Positions 51,702 to 59,523 of a stretch of DNA of 60,404 bases are shown one piece after another. Every line of letters starts with the position of its first letter. Position 1 is the first letter of the stretch. The stretch comes from a virus: the IMG/VR virus record IMGVR_UViG_3300032144_000011, positions 1 to 60,404 of that record. One strand, given 5' to 3'. The position numbers and the translations under genes were made by a program. The notes beneath the pieces are model-generated. The model had not been told where the DNA came from. It saw only the letters and a list, made by a program, of their open reading frames with translations, and ran no database searches.

Positions 51702-53322
51702 CCTCGGTCTCCCGCTCGCGCTGCCGATCGTCGCCTTCCGCGTCGTCATCCTCCGGCCGCTCGCCGGCGCCCTCGTTGCGGCCGGTGGCGCCCGAGCCGG
51801 AGCCCGCGCCCGATCCGGCCTTGCCGTAGGTCGCGTCGCTGTCGAAGGTCAGGCTGAGCTGCTTCGCCCGCTTGTTCTCGTCGGCGATTTCCTGCTCGAC
51901 CGCCTCGGCGTCGTAGCCGGATTCCGAAACGACCATGGAGCGCGACTTGAAGCCGGCGCGCACCGCCATCTGGGCCGCCTGCACCTCCTGCACGGGATGG
52001 ATGTAGGACCAGCCCTGCGGCACCCAGGCGACGCGGTAGAGGCCGCGTTCGTCGACGCTGCGCGGCGGGACGATCAGGCCGGACAGCACGGCGAGGTCGA
52101 TCCAGCGCCGGTGCACCGGGCGGCAGTGCTGCCAGACCGCGATGTTGTGCTGCAGCATCTCGATATTGCGGCGGAATTCGTTGACCGCGGCGCGGAAGGT
52201 GCGGTCGTTGATCTTGTTCCAGTCGCCCGAAATGTGCTCGTAGAGGATGCCCGCGGCGGTCGCCAGGCGGCGCTGCTGCTGGGTGACGAAGGGCTCGTAG
52301 TTGCCGCCGACGTCGGCCGGGGCGGCGAACTCGATGTCCTCGCCCTCGTCGAGATACTGCATCGTGCCAGGCTCGAGCGAGGCCTCGGCGACGCCCGGCT
52401 CGTCGGCCCCGTCCTCGTCCTGCGCCTGCGCCTCGTTCGGATTGAACGCGCCTTCCGCGTTCGGCCGGGTGACGATCGCCGTGTAGAGCGCGGCGACCTT
52501 CTTGCGGACGAGCTCGGCGTCGTCGTACTGGTCGAAGTCGCGCAGCGTGATCAGCGCCCGGGTCAGCCAGGGCTCGCCCCGGATCTGGCCGGCGCGGCGC
52601 ACCTGGCGGATGTGCAGCACCTCGGACGCCGGCACCGGCACCAGCGTGAGGTCGAGGCCCGGCAGGATGCCCCAGTCCTGCGGATGCTGGCGGTACATCC
52701 AGTAGGCGGTGCGCTGGCCGAAGGCGTTGAACTCGATGCCGTTGCGGATCTCGCGGCCGGCCTCGGCGCGGATCTCGCTCTCCGGGCAGAACTCCGGTTC
52801 CAGCAGTTGCAGCTGCAGCGGCACGGTCAGCATGTCGCCCGGGCGGCGTACGCGGAAGCGGGTGAACATCTCCCCCGCCTCGACCATGCCGCGCACCGCC
52901 AGGGTCTGGATGCCGTAGAAGTCCATGGCGCCGTCGGCGTCGGCCTCGTCGGTCCACTCCAGCCAGAGCTGCGCCAGGTCCTTGTTCAGCCCGGCGTCCG
53001 GCGTGCGGAACTGCGGCTTGATGCCGGTGCCGATCACGTTGGTGGTCAGCGTGCGCACCGCCGATTCGGCATAGGGGTTCTGGCGCACCGCGTCGCGCGA
53101 GCGGCTGCGCAGCGTCGACAGGGCATAGGTCAGCGACGCGTTCGGGCCGGACGGCGCGGACAGCCAGCCCGAGCCGCGCCGGCGCGTGCTGGCGGCGTCG
53201 TAGGACTGCCCCGCCACGCCGCCGCCGAGCGGCTGGTTGAAGGCGTCCGCGTAGATGCGGGTCCCCTTGATGCGGCAGCGGGTCTTGGCAACGGGCAGCG
53301 CGGGGACGGAATCGAGCGGCAT
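51694..53322 (-). CDS. Portal protein, lambda gpB family
   Basis: Track ORF of 542 aa. ...RDAVRQNPYAESAVRTLTTNVIGTGIKPQF... Positioned between gpW and the protease. Confidence 0.9.
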   Translation of the reverse strand: MPLDSVPALPVAKTRCRIKGTRIYADAFNQPLGGGVAGQSYDAASTRRRGSGWLSAPSGPNASLTYALSTLRSRSRDAVRQNPYAESAVRTLTTNVIGTGIKPQFRTPDAGLNKDLAQLWLEWTDEADADGAMDFYGIQTLAVRGMVEAGEMFTRFRVRRPGDMLTVPLQLQLLEPEFCPESEIRAEAGREIRNGIEFNAFGQRTAYWMYRQHPQDWGILPGLDLTLVPVPASEVLHIRQVRRAGQIRGEPWLTRALITLRDFDQYDDAELVRKKVAALYTAIVTRPNAEGAFNPNEAQAQDEDGADEPGVAEASLEPGTMQYLDEGEDIEFAAPADVGGNYEPFVTQQQRRLATAAGILYEHISGDWNKINDRTFRAAVNEFRRNIEMLQHNIAVWQHCRPVHRRWIDLAVLSGLIVPPRSVDERGLYRVAWVPQGWSYIHPVQEVQAAQMAVRAGFKSRSMVVSESGYDAEAVEQEIADENKRAKQLSLTFDSDATYGKAGSGAGSGSGATGRNEGAGERPEDDDAEGDDRQRERETEDA

Positions 53323-53520
53323 CTAGAAGCCCTTGTTGCTGCGCAGGCGCACCTGGCGCGTTCGGACGACGCCCTGCACCTGGCCCTTCATCTCGGCCAG
53401 CAGGCTGCGCATCTCGTCCAGGCTGCGATAGGTCACCGAGCGGTCGCCGTAGCGCACCTGCAGCGCGCCGGTGGCGATGGCCTTCTCCAGCGCGGTGATC
53501 TGGGCGGCGGTGTAGGACAT
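53323..53520 (-). CDS. Head-to-tail joining protein gpW-like
   Basis: Track ORF of 65 aa. ITALEKAIATGALQVRYGDRSVTYRSLDEMRSLLAEM fits the gpW pattern and position. Confidence 0.8.
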   Translation of the reverse strand: MSYTAAQITALEKAIATGALQVRYGDRSVTYRSLDEMRSLLAEMKGQVQGVVRTRQVRLRSNKGF

Positions 53521-53523
53521 GGC

Positions 53524-53820
53524 TTACGCGGCTTCCTCGTCGGGTTCGCGCGCGTCGATCTCCGCAGTGCACGTCAAGCAGTACTGGTCGCTGGGCTCGT
53601 CTTCGCCTTCGGGCCAGGCGCAGCTCATGTGCTTCGTGCAGAAATAGCCCTCGCAGCCCTCTTCGCGGCCGTGATTGTCGTAGATGCCGTGCATGCCGCC
53701 GCAGGCGTAAGACAGCCCGCGGTCGATCTGTTCGTTGCAGCCGGGATGATCGCAGGTTGCCTCGATGGCGTAGCCGATCTCGCGGCCCTTGCTATCCGTT
53801 CCGCAATGTCCCCAACCCAT
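53524..53820 (-). CDS. Cys/His-rich small protein (98 aa) between TerL and gpW
   Basis: Tail of track ORF 53524..54558 from ATG 53818-53820 behind GAGGAG. About 10 Cys plus several His. Confidence 0.6.
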   Translation of the reverse strand: MGWGHCGTDSKGREIGYAIEATCDHPGCNEQIDRGLSYACGGMHGIYDNHGREEGCEGYFCTKHMSCAWPEGEDEPSDQYCLTCTAEIDAREPDEEAA

Positions 53821-53831
53821 CTCGAATCTCC

Positions 53832-55760
53832 TCAGCCTAGGAAGCGGGACCGCACCACGCGGCGGCGGCGGACGGGGCGCTTGACGGCGCCCGGCGCCGG
53901 CGGCGCTGGTGGGGGCGGCAAGGGCAGCTCGGGGCTTTCGGCATGGCGCTGCGGCATCTGGACCGGCGGCTTTTCCTTCGGCCGCCAGAAGGCCTGCAGC
54001 CGCGGCCAGTCGACGTTGAGCGCTACGAGAGCCGCCAGCGCGTAGACGAAGCAATCCAGCGCCTCGTTCCGGGCGCTCGGGTCCTTGTGATAAACGCGGA
54101 CCGGGAAGCCCTTGACGTATTTCGTGATGACCCGCTCGGCGGTAAGCTGCTTGAAGTATTGCGGATCGACCGACTTCGGGAAGTGCACGTAGCCTGGACC
54201 CGGCGCCGCCACGCGCAGCCGCGCGAACATCATGTCCTTCAGCGTGTCGACGCCGATGCTGAACAGGTTGACGCGCGCCTTGTTGTTCTTCGACGCGCGC
54301 TTCGGCCAGGCCGGCTTGCCCTGCCCGCCGAGGCCGCGGATCGGGTAGACCCGGCCAGGGCCCTCGCGCATCGCCGCCACGCTGAAGCGGGACGCGATCA
54401 GCGAATGGTGCCCGCCGGTGTCGACGCAGGTCGCCGCGGTGCCGAGCGCGCGGCCGTCGGCGGTGCGGACCGGCCGGCAGCGCCACTTCTCGACCTCGCG
54501 CCACAGGTCGGGCGAAGACGGGTCGCCGTAGAAGATCACGTGCTCGAGGACCCAGCACTCCTCGCCGATGCCCCAGCCGAGCCGCGTCGCCTCGAGCCGG
54601 TCATCCTGGGTGTCGACGCTCGCCGTGGCCAGCAGGACCGCCGCCGGCGCGGCCGGGCCCCAGTCCTCGGCCCGCGACTGCAGCGTGTTCGGGTCAACGC
54701 GCTCGGAGTCCTCGTCCCAGGTCTCGCCGAGCGACGTGTTGATCCACGTCTTCAGCGTCTCCGGGTGATCCTTCGCCAAGATGAACCGCTCGGCGAGGTC
54801 GCCGAGCCGGGTCCAGGCCGAATAGATCTCGTTGAGGTGGAAGCCGGCGATGCCGCTGAACGGCGCGGTGCCGCGCCACCGGCCGCTGCGGATCGCCTGC
54901 CAGCGCACGGCGTCGGGCCAGACCGAGCCGCATTCCTCGCAGACATAGGCCGCCTCGGACGGACGGCCTTCGGGCCATTGGACCTGCGGCCACTTCAGCG
55001 TCTGCTCGGCGGCGCAGTCCGGGCAGGTGACGTAGAAGCGCCGCTGATCCGAGCTCAAGAACTCTTTCTCTATCCGCGAGAAGCCCTTTACCGTCGGCGT
55101 GCTGGTCACGACCGTCTTGCGGTTCCAGAAGGTCGCGGTCCGGCGCTGCGCCAGGTTCAGCGGGTCGCCCTCGGTCCCGGCCGACGGCGGATAGCGGTCC
55201 ACCTCGTCGGCCAGCACGATGCGGATCGGCCGGGAGGCCAGCGAGGCCGGGCTGTTCGAGCCGGCGACGGTGACATGGCCGCCCGGGAAGATCTTGTGCA
55301 GCAGCGTGTTGCCGCTGTCGCGCGAGCGCGGGTCCTTGACCTTGCCTTCCAGCGCCGGCGTGTCGCGCAGCATCGGCGCCAGGCGGTCCTTCGAGAAGGC
55401 TTCCCCCATTTCCAGCGTCGGCTGGAGCATCAGGATCGGCGCCGGATCGTGCGCGATATGGAAGCCGATGATGTTGAGCAGCGTCTCGGTCTTGCCGACC
55501 TGGGCGCAGGACATCACCACGACCGTCTTGACGCGCGGGTCGGTCACCGCGTCCATGACGCCGCGCATCGGCTCGTTACGGGTCGTGTTCCAGCGGCCCG
55601 GGGCGGCGCTCGCCTCGGGGCTCAGCCGCCGGTGCAGGTCCGCCCACTGGCTCACCGTCAGCCGCGGCGTCCGCTTCCAGTTCGTCGCCGCCCGGCTCAG
55701 CGTCTTCTTCGTCGTCTGCGTCGCCGGCCAGCTCGATTCGGGCCTCGTCGATGGCTGCAT
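53832..55760 (-). CDS. Terminase large subunit, lambda gpA family
   Basis: Track ORF of 642 aa. ...SQWADLHRRLSPEASAAPGRW...VVVMSCAQVGKTE (Walker A context), ...LADEVD. Confidence 0.9.
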   Translation of the reverse strand: MQPSTRPESSWPATQTTKKTLSRAATNWKRTPRLTVSQWADLHRRLSPEASAAPGRWNTTRNEPMRGVMDAVTDPRVKTVVVMSCAQVGKTETLLNIIGFHIAHDPAPILMLQPTLEMGEAFSKDRLAPMLRDTPALEGKVKDPRSRDSGNTLLHKIFPGGHVTVAGSNSPASLASRPIRIVLADEVDRYPPSAGTEGDPLNLAQRRTATFWNRKTVVTSTPTVKGFSRIEKEFLSSDQRRFYVTCPDCAAEQTLKWPQVQWPEGRPSEAAYVCEECGSVWPDAVRWQAIRSGRWRGTAPFSGIAGFHLNEIYSAWTRLGDLAERFILAKDHPETLKTWINTSLGETWDEDSERVDPNTLQSRAEDWGPAAPAAVLLATASVDTQDDRLEATRLGWGIGEECWVLEHVIFYGDPSSPDLWREVEKWRCRPVRTADGRALGTAATCVDTGGHHSLIASRFSVAAMREGPGRVYPIRGLGGQGKPAWPKRASKNNKARVNLFSIGVDTLKDMMFARLRVAAPGPGYVHFPKSVDPQYFKQLTAERVITKYVKGFPVRVYHKDPSARNEALDCFVYALAALVALNVDWPRLQAFWRPKEKPPVQMPQRHAESPELPLPPPPAPPAPGAVKRPVRRRRVVRSRFLG

Positions 55761-56190
55761 CGATCAGCGCCTTGATTTCCGCCTCATCGGTCATCGCGAC
55801 CAGCAGCGGCGCCAGCGAGGACGCGATCGCCCCGAGGCGGATGTTGGCCTTCGCGATGTACTGCGCCCAGACCTTGCCGACCTCCTCGGCCGGCAGCAGC
55901 TCGGCCTGGCGCTGCGCGAGGTCGAGCTCCTGGATCATCGCCCGCGCCTTCATCTCGCGGGTGCGCGCCTCGTCGTAGGTCCCGGGTGGTTCGGACTGGA
56001 AGAAGTCCTGCTTGCAGGCGTGGATGACGTCCTGGATGCGGTAGAGCTTCGCGCCGCGGGGGCCCGGCCTCCACCCCGTGTCGGCTTCGTGCAGACGCTT
56101 CATCAGCGTCGCGCGGTTCAAGCCAAGCGCCACAACGAGCTGACTGATGGAAAGCTCGAGGATCGGGCGCGGCGACGATCGACGCGCCAT
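55576..56190 (-). CDS. Terminase small subunit (Nu1-like HTH)
   Basis: Track ORF of 204 aa. N-terminal HTH ELSISQLVVALGLNRATLMKRLHEA...GAKLYRIQDVI. Acidic C-terminal tail overlapping the TerL start. Confidence 0.8.
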   Translation of the reverse strand: MARRSSPRPILELSISQLVVALGLNRATLMKRLHEADTGWRPGPRGAKLYRIQDVIHACKQDFFQSEPPGTYDEARTREMKARAMIQELDLAQRQAELLPAEEVGKVWAQYIAKANIRLGAIASSLAPLLVAMTDEAEIKALIDAAIDEARIELAGDADDEEDAEPGGDELEADAAADGEPVGGPAPAAEPRGERRPGPLEHDP

Positions 56191-56350
56191 TCACGGACCT
56201 CATCATCAAAATGCTAAAATTTTCTGTCGCTAGAAACCCACCGCACTCGCGAATTACCCGCTCGGGGTGGGGGGGCAGGGTCCCTGACGCTCGCGTGCGC
56301 GCCACGGGCGGACATGCTATGGTTGCATCGAGGCAACGGGAGAGAAACGC

Positions 56351-56539
56351 ATGGTCGCGGGCGTCCTGCTCTGCATCGTCGGCGCGCTGCTCGTCCTCGT
56401 CGGCTACGGCTCGGGCACCACGGTCGTGCACCTGGCCGTCGCGGCGATCGGTTTCGTCGTCATGGGCCTGGGCGCGGTGTGCTGGCAGCTCGGGCGCATC
56501 CGTGCCGCGCTGACGGTCAAGCCCGCGGCGCGCGACTAG
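56351..56539 (+). CDS. Opposite-strand small membrane protein (62 aa, 2 TM)
   Basis: Track ORF. GGGAGAG lies 7 nt upstream of ATG 56351. Sits in a 345-nt gap upstream of TerS. Its stop shares a CTAG with the convergent minus-gene stop. Confidence 0.5.
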   Translation: MVAGVLLCIVGALLVLVGYGSGTTVVHLAVAAIGFVVMGLGAVCWQLGRIRAALTVKPAARD

Positions 56540-57138
56540 CGTGCGTTGGCGAGGGCGCGCTCGAATGCCGTGCGGAAGTTGGGGGCGAAGCGATCGCGCG
56601 CCACGCGCAGCACCCTGTCCTTGAAGCCGAAGCGCGGCTTGTACTGCGTCGACTGTTCGAGGGCGACGAGCAGCACGGGCTTGGCCAGGCGGCGCTTGCC
56701 CTGCGCCCTGCGGTAGATGCCCGGCGGAAGTTTGGAGTGGTCGTTTGGGCCGACTGTGAACGTGCCGCGCTTCCCGAGCTCGCGCTTGATCCCGCCCCGG
56801 CCGATGCCGCCATAGACGGTGCGGCGGATGTTGACCGGCACGACCAGGGGCGCGCCGGGCCTTGGCTGCTGCGCCCCGCCGACTTCCTGCACGGCTAGGT
56901 ATTTGGCCTGGATGTCCTTGGCGAAGACCCAGGCGACGAGGCTTTCCTTGCGCGCAGGCGTGATGGCGATGGCCTTCTGCGTGAACGGCGTCGGCGCGTC
57001 GAAAATCTGCGCCAGCGCCCCGCTCACGGCGGCCTGCGCGTCCTTGGCGGTCTGCGTCAGCGCGACCGCCGTGGCGAAGCGCGCCTGCTTTTCCACCATA
57101 GCGCGCTTGGCCTGCCAGCCCGAGATATCGACGCTCAT
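56536..57138 (-). CDS. Hypothetical protein (200 aa), first gene of the late operon
   Basis: Track ORF with ordinary composition (MSVDISGWQAKRAMVEKQARFATAVALTQTAKDAQ...). Function not recognised. Confidence 0.7.
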   Translation of the reverse strand: MSVDISGWQAKRAMVEKQARFATAVALTQTAKDAQAAVSGALAQIFDAPTPFTQKAIAITPARKESLVAWVFAKDIQAKYLAVQEVGGAQQPRPGAPLVVPVNIRRTVYGGIGRGGIKRELGKRGTFTVGPNDHSKLPPGIYRRAQGKRRLAKPVLLVALEQSTQYKPRFGFKDRVLRVARDRFAPNFRTAFERALANAR

Positions 57139-57175
57139 CTTGCCACGCCCGGTTAAGTTGCGTTAACCTTTCATC

Positions 57176-57454
57176 ATGTCGCGTACGACCATGACCCTGC
57201 TGCTCTGCGCCGCGATCGCCGCGGCGGCGCTTTGGGTAAAGTACGACAGCCTCGATCCGTGCGACTGGGTCATGCCGGCGCTGGCCGCCAAGGCCGGCGT
57301 GCCCGAGATCGTGTTGGCGATGCTGCTGCCGGCCGGGACATCGCCGCAAGACGTCCGCCACGCCCTCGCCGTCATGCCGCGCAACGAGTGTGTGCGGCTG
57401 TGGCTCCACATCCAGCTCGACGGCGGAAACCCGCCGAACGGACACAGGCTGTAG
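57176..57454 (+). CDS. Opposite-strand secreted/periplasmic small protein (92 aa)
   Basis: Track ORF. Signal-peptide-like MSRTTMTLLLCAAIAAAALWV. Sits in a 435-nt gap. Followed by hairpin GGGCGttaCGCCC at 57463-57475. Weak RBS. Confidence 0.45.
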   Translation: MSRTTMTLLLCAAIAAAALWVKYDSLDPCDWVMPALAAKAGVPEIVLAMLLPAGTSPQDVRHALAVMPRNECVRLWLHIQLDGGNPPNGHRL

Positions 57455-57573
57455 TCGGGGTCGGGCGTTACGCCCGTTTCTGGCGGGTTTTCAGCCCCGA
57501 TCGGGGCGGGCCTCGGCGGGAAGGTCTTTCGCGCATCGGCGCTACTCGGGCCCGTCGCGACGCGGCTGCCGGG

Positions 57574-58149
57574 TCAGGATCGTACCGCCTCGACAGCGTC
57601 CGGATCGCATTTCACGGAGATCCTGCGATCGAACACCGTCAGCCATACACGAAGCTCGTCCCCGTCGTCAATATGGACCTCGCCCGTCCGCCCGTCGAAC
57701 GCCGACCCGACGAAGGCGACGGCCTGGCCGGGATCGAGGATCGGCCGGCGCGTGCGGTCCGACGTCGCGATGATCCAGACGCCGTTGTTTTTCTTCTCGT
57801 CCTCGGGGTCGCGCCGGGTGCGGGCGCGCAGGTCGTCCATCACCCGCCCGCGGATCAGCAGCGGCCGGCCCTCGATGTTAACCACGTCCTTGACGCCCCA
57901 GCAGCCCTTGATGCCGCCGAGCGGCTCGCCCTCGCGCAGGGCGACGAACAGGTAGCGCGGGAAGTGCGGGATGCGGACGATGCGCGGGCGCCAGTTGTCG
58001 CGCCGGTGCGGCAGGTATTGCCGCCGCCGCACGCGCTCCATGGGCAGGAAGGTGGCGTAGCCGGCCTCCGCCAGGTAGTGGTCGGCGAGCTCCTCCTGCC
58101 CGACGCCGGTGTAGACCGCGTGCCAGTGCGGGTAGGGCGCGTCGGTCAA
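57574..58149 (-). CDS. NusG/RfaH-like transcription antitermination factor
   Basis: Track ORF of 191 aa. HWHAVYTGVGQEELADHYLAEAGYATFLPMERVRRR is an NGN-domain pattern, with a KOW-like C-terminal half. Located just upstream of the late operon. Confidence 0.75.
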   Translation of the reverse strand: MTDAPYPHWHAVYTGVGQEELADHYLAEAGYATFLPMERVRRRQYLPHRRDNWRPRIVRIPHFPRYLFVALREGEPLGGIKGCWGVKDVVNIEGRPLLIRGRVMDDLRARTRRDPEDEKKNNGVWIIATSDRTRRPILDPGQAVAFVGSAFDGRTGEVHIDDGDELRVWLTVFDRRISVKCDPDAVEAVRS

Positions 58150-58343
58150 GCGCGTCCCTCCTCAGCGTCCAAAAGCCCCCATTCGAGGAGGAGCCGAGCT
58201 TGCTCGCCCCAACTCGTCCCCCCTTCAATTGCCCGTTGCCGTATCTGCTGGAACATTTCGTCGGGAAGATGGACGACGACAGCGATCGTATCCGGCCCTT
58301 TGCGCACGCCTTTGGCGACAGGTCGTTTCTGCGTGTGCGCCAC
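58146..58343 (-). CDS. Ribbon-helix-helix (CopG/Arc-like) protein (65 aa, GTG start)
   Basis: Tail of track ORF 58146..58667 from GTG 58341-58343. ...IAVVVHLPDEMFQQIRQRAIEGGTSWGEQARLLLEWGL. Confidence 0.55.
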   Translation of the reverse strand: MAHTQKRPVAKGVRKGPDTIAVVVHLPDEMFQQIRQRAIEGGTSWGEQARLLLEWGLLDAEEGRA

Positions 58344-58525
58344 TATCGCCCGCCCTTCTTCGGCTGCGGCGCGATTTCGCGCTCCAGCAGCAGGACGGTC
58401 GAGATCTGCGCCGGTACGACGCGCCAGCCCGCCTTGCCGAGGATGTTGAGTTGCTTCAGGAAGGTCTTGCGGGCGCGCTCGGTGTCTTCCTTGTAGAGGT
58501 CGAGCAGCATGTATTCGTAGGTCAT
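58343..58525 (-). CDS. DUF4177-like small protein (60 aa)
   Basis: Tail of track ORF 58343..58690 from ATG 58523-58525. MTYEYMLLDLYKEDTERARKTFLKQLNILGKAGWRVV. Confidence 0.55.
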   Translation of the reverse strand: MTYEYMLLDLYKEDTERARKTFLKQLNILGKAGWRVVPAQISTVLLLEREIAPQPKKGGR

Positions 58526-58800
58526 GGGAGTCGGTTGCCTTCGATGTCGAACATCGGCCAGGGCTCGTCGGCGGGCTCGCACCAAGTACGGTAGACGGCG
58601 CGGTAGCCGGGCAGATTGCCGATCTTGCCCGCGAAACCGACCATGTGTCCGTCGCCGAGTGCGGCAAAGTGCGCCACGCTCGCTTCGCACGCCTCCAGGC
58701 TCGGCTTCTCGTAGCGCAGCACCATCGCCTTGGCCGGCACGTCCGGGTAGTGCGGCCCCCAGGACATCATGGCGACGAACAGGATGGCCTTGCCGCTCAT
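58522..58800 (-). CDS. Hypothetical protein (92 aa)
   Basis: Track ORF. ATGA overlaps at both ends. Confidence 0.6.
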   Translation of the reverse strand: MSGKAILFVAMMSWGPHYPDVPAKAMVLRYEKPSLEACEASVAHFAALGDGHMVGFAGKIGNLPGYRAVYRTWCEPADEPWPMFDIEGNRLP

Positions 58801-59096
58801 GCGTCCCCCAGGGCCGCGCTGATGCGGCGCTTGGCCTCCTGCACCTCGGCGAAGATGTCCTCGACCGGCCGGGCCTGGGCGACCATGGTCATGATCACGG
58901 CGAAGTCGGCGAGCGCGCCGCGCAGCGCCGCGTCCTTGTCTCGCGGCGGCTGCAGGGCGCGGCGGGCCTGGCGGATGCGCAGCTCGCTCATATCCATCAT
59001 CCGCGCCGCCTCGGAAAGAGACGGCCCGGCGCAGGAGCGCGCCGGGCCTGGGGAGGGGGTTCGTTCCTGGGGAGGAATGGCGGCGTCATAGCCCAT
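58797..59096 (-). CDS. Hypothetical protein, possible HTH (100 aa; start uncertain)
   Basis: Tail of track ORF 58797..59591. In-frame ATG 59094-59096 follows an AT-rich 77-nt gap. Contains PSLSEAARMMDMSELRIRQARRAL. Confidence 0.45.
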   Translation of the reverse strand: MGYDAAIPPQERTPSPGPARSCAGPSLSEAARMMDMSELRIRQARRALQPPRDKDAALRGALADFAVIMTMVAQARPVEDIFAEVQEAKRRISAALGDA

Positions 59097-59173
59097 CCGC
59101 GCGTCAACTGCAATGGCGTTTATTTTAGGTATCATGCCTAGTTTCTCCGCGAAAGGCCGGCTACGCGCCGCGG

Positions 59174-59512
59174 TCAGTCCTCCACGCGGCGGAAGCCTTC
59201 CGCCACATGCTCCCGCTGACGCCGCACGCGGTACGTCCCCGGCTGAAACAGGATCGGCTCGTGTGTGTCGAAGGAGCGATGGTGCTCCAGCGCCGTCGGC
59301 TCGCTGACGACGAGGAAGCACTCGTAGATTTCCTCGGGCAGCCGGTACATCGTAACGGCCTTGCGATCCATCACGTGGTGGTGGCCGGTCTCGCTGTGGG
59401 CGACGATCACGTGGTTGCCTTCCGGCTCCACCGCGACGGCGCCCGCCGGCAGGGAGTCGACGCGCTCGACATGCATGTCGCCTTGCGCGCAGGTGTTCTG
59501 AAACGTCTTCAT
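59174..59512 (-). CDS. Hypothetical protein (112 aa), His-rich beta-type
   Basis: Track ORF. GDMHVERV...VIVAHSETGHHHVM...HHRSFDTHEPILFQPGTYRVRRQRE is a recurrent phage family of unknown function (recollection). Confidence 0.7.
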   Translation of the reverse strand: MKTFQNTCAQGDMHVERVDSLPAGAVAVEPEGNHVIVAHSETGHHHVMDRKAVTMYRLPEEIYECFLVVSEPTALEHHRSFDTHEPILFQPGTYRVRRQREHVAEGFRRVED

Positions 59513-59523
59513 TGATCCTCCTG

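Noticed and set aside
59097-59173. The AT-rich gap (cctaaaataaacgcc / ttgcagttgacg on the minus strand) as a defined sigma70-type promoter.
   Set aside because: The hexamer spacing does not fit a -35/-10 pair in any register I tried. It is kept only as an unannotated intergenic region.
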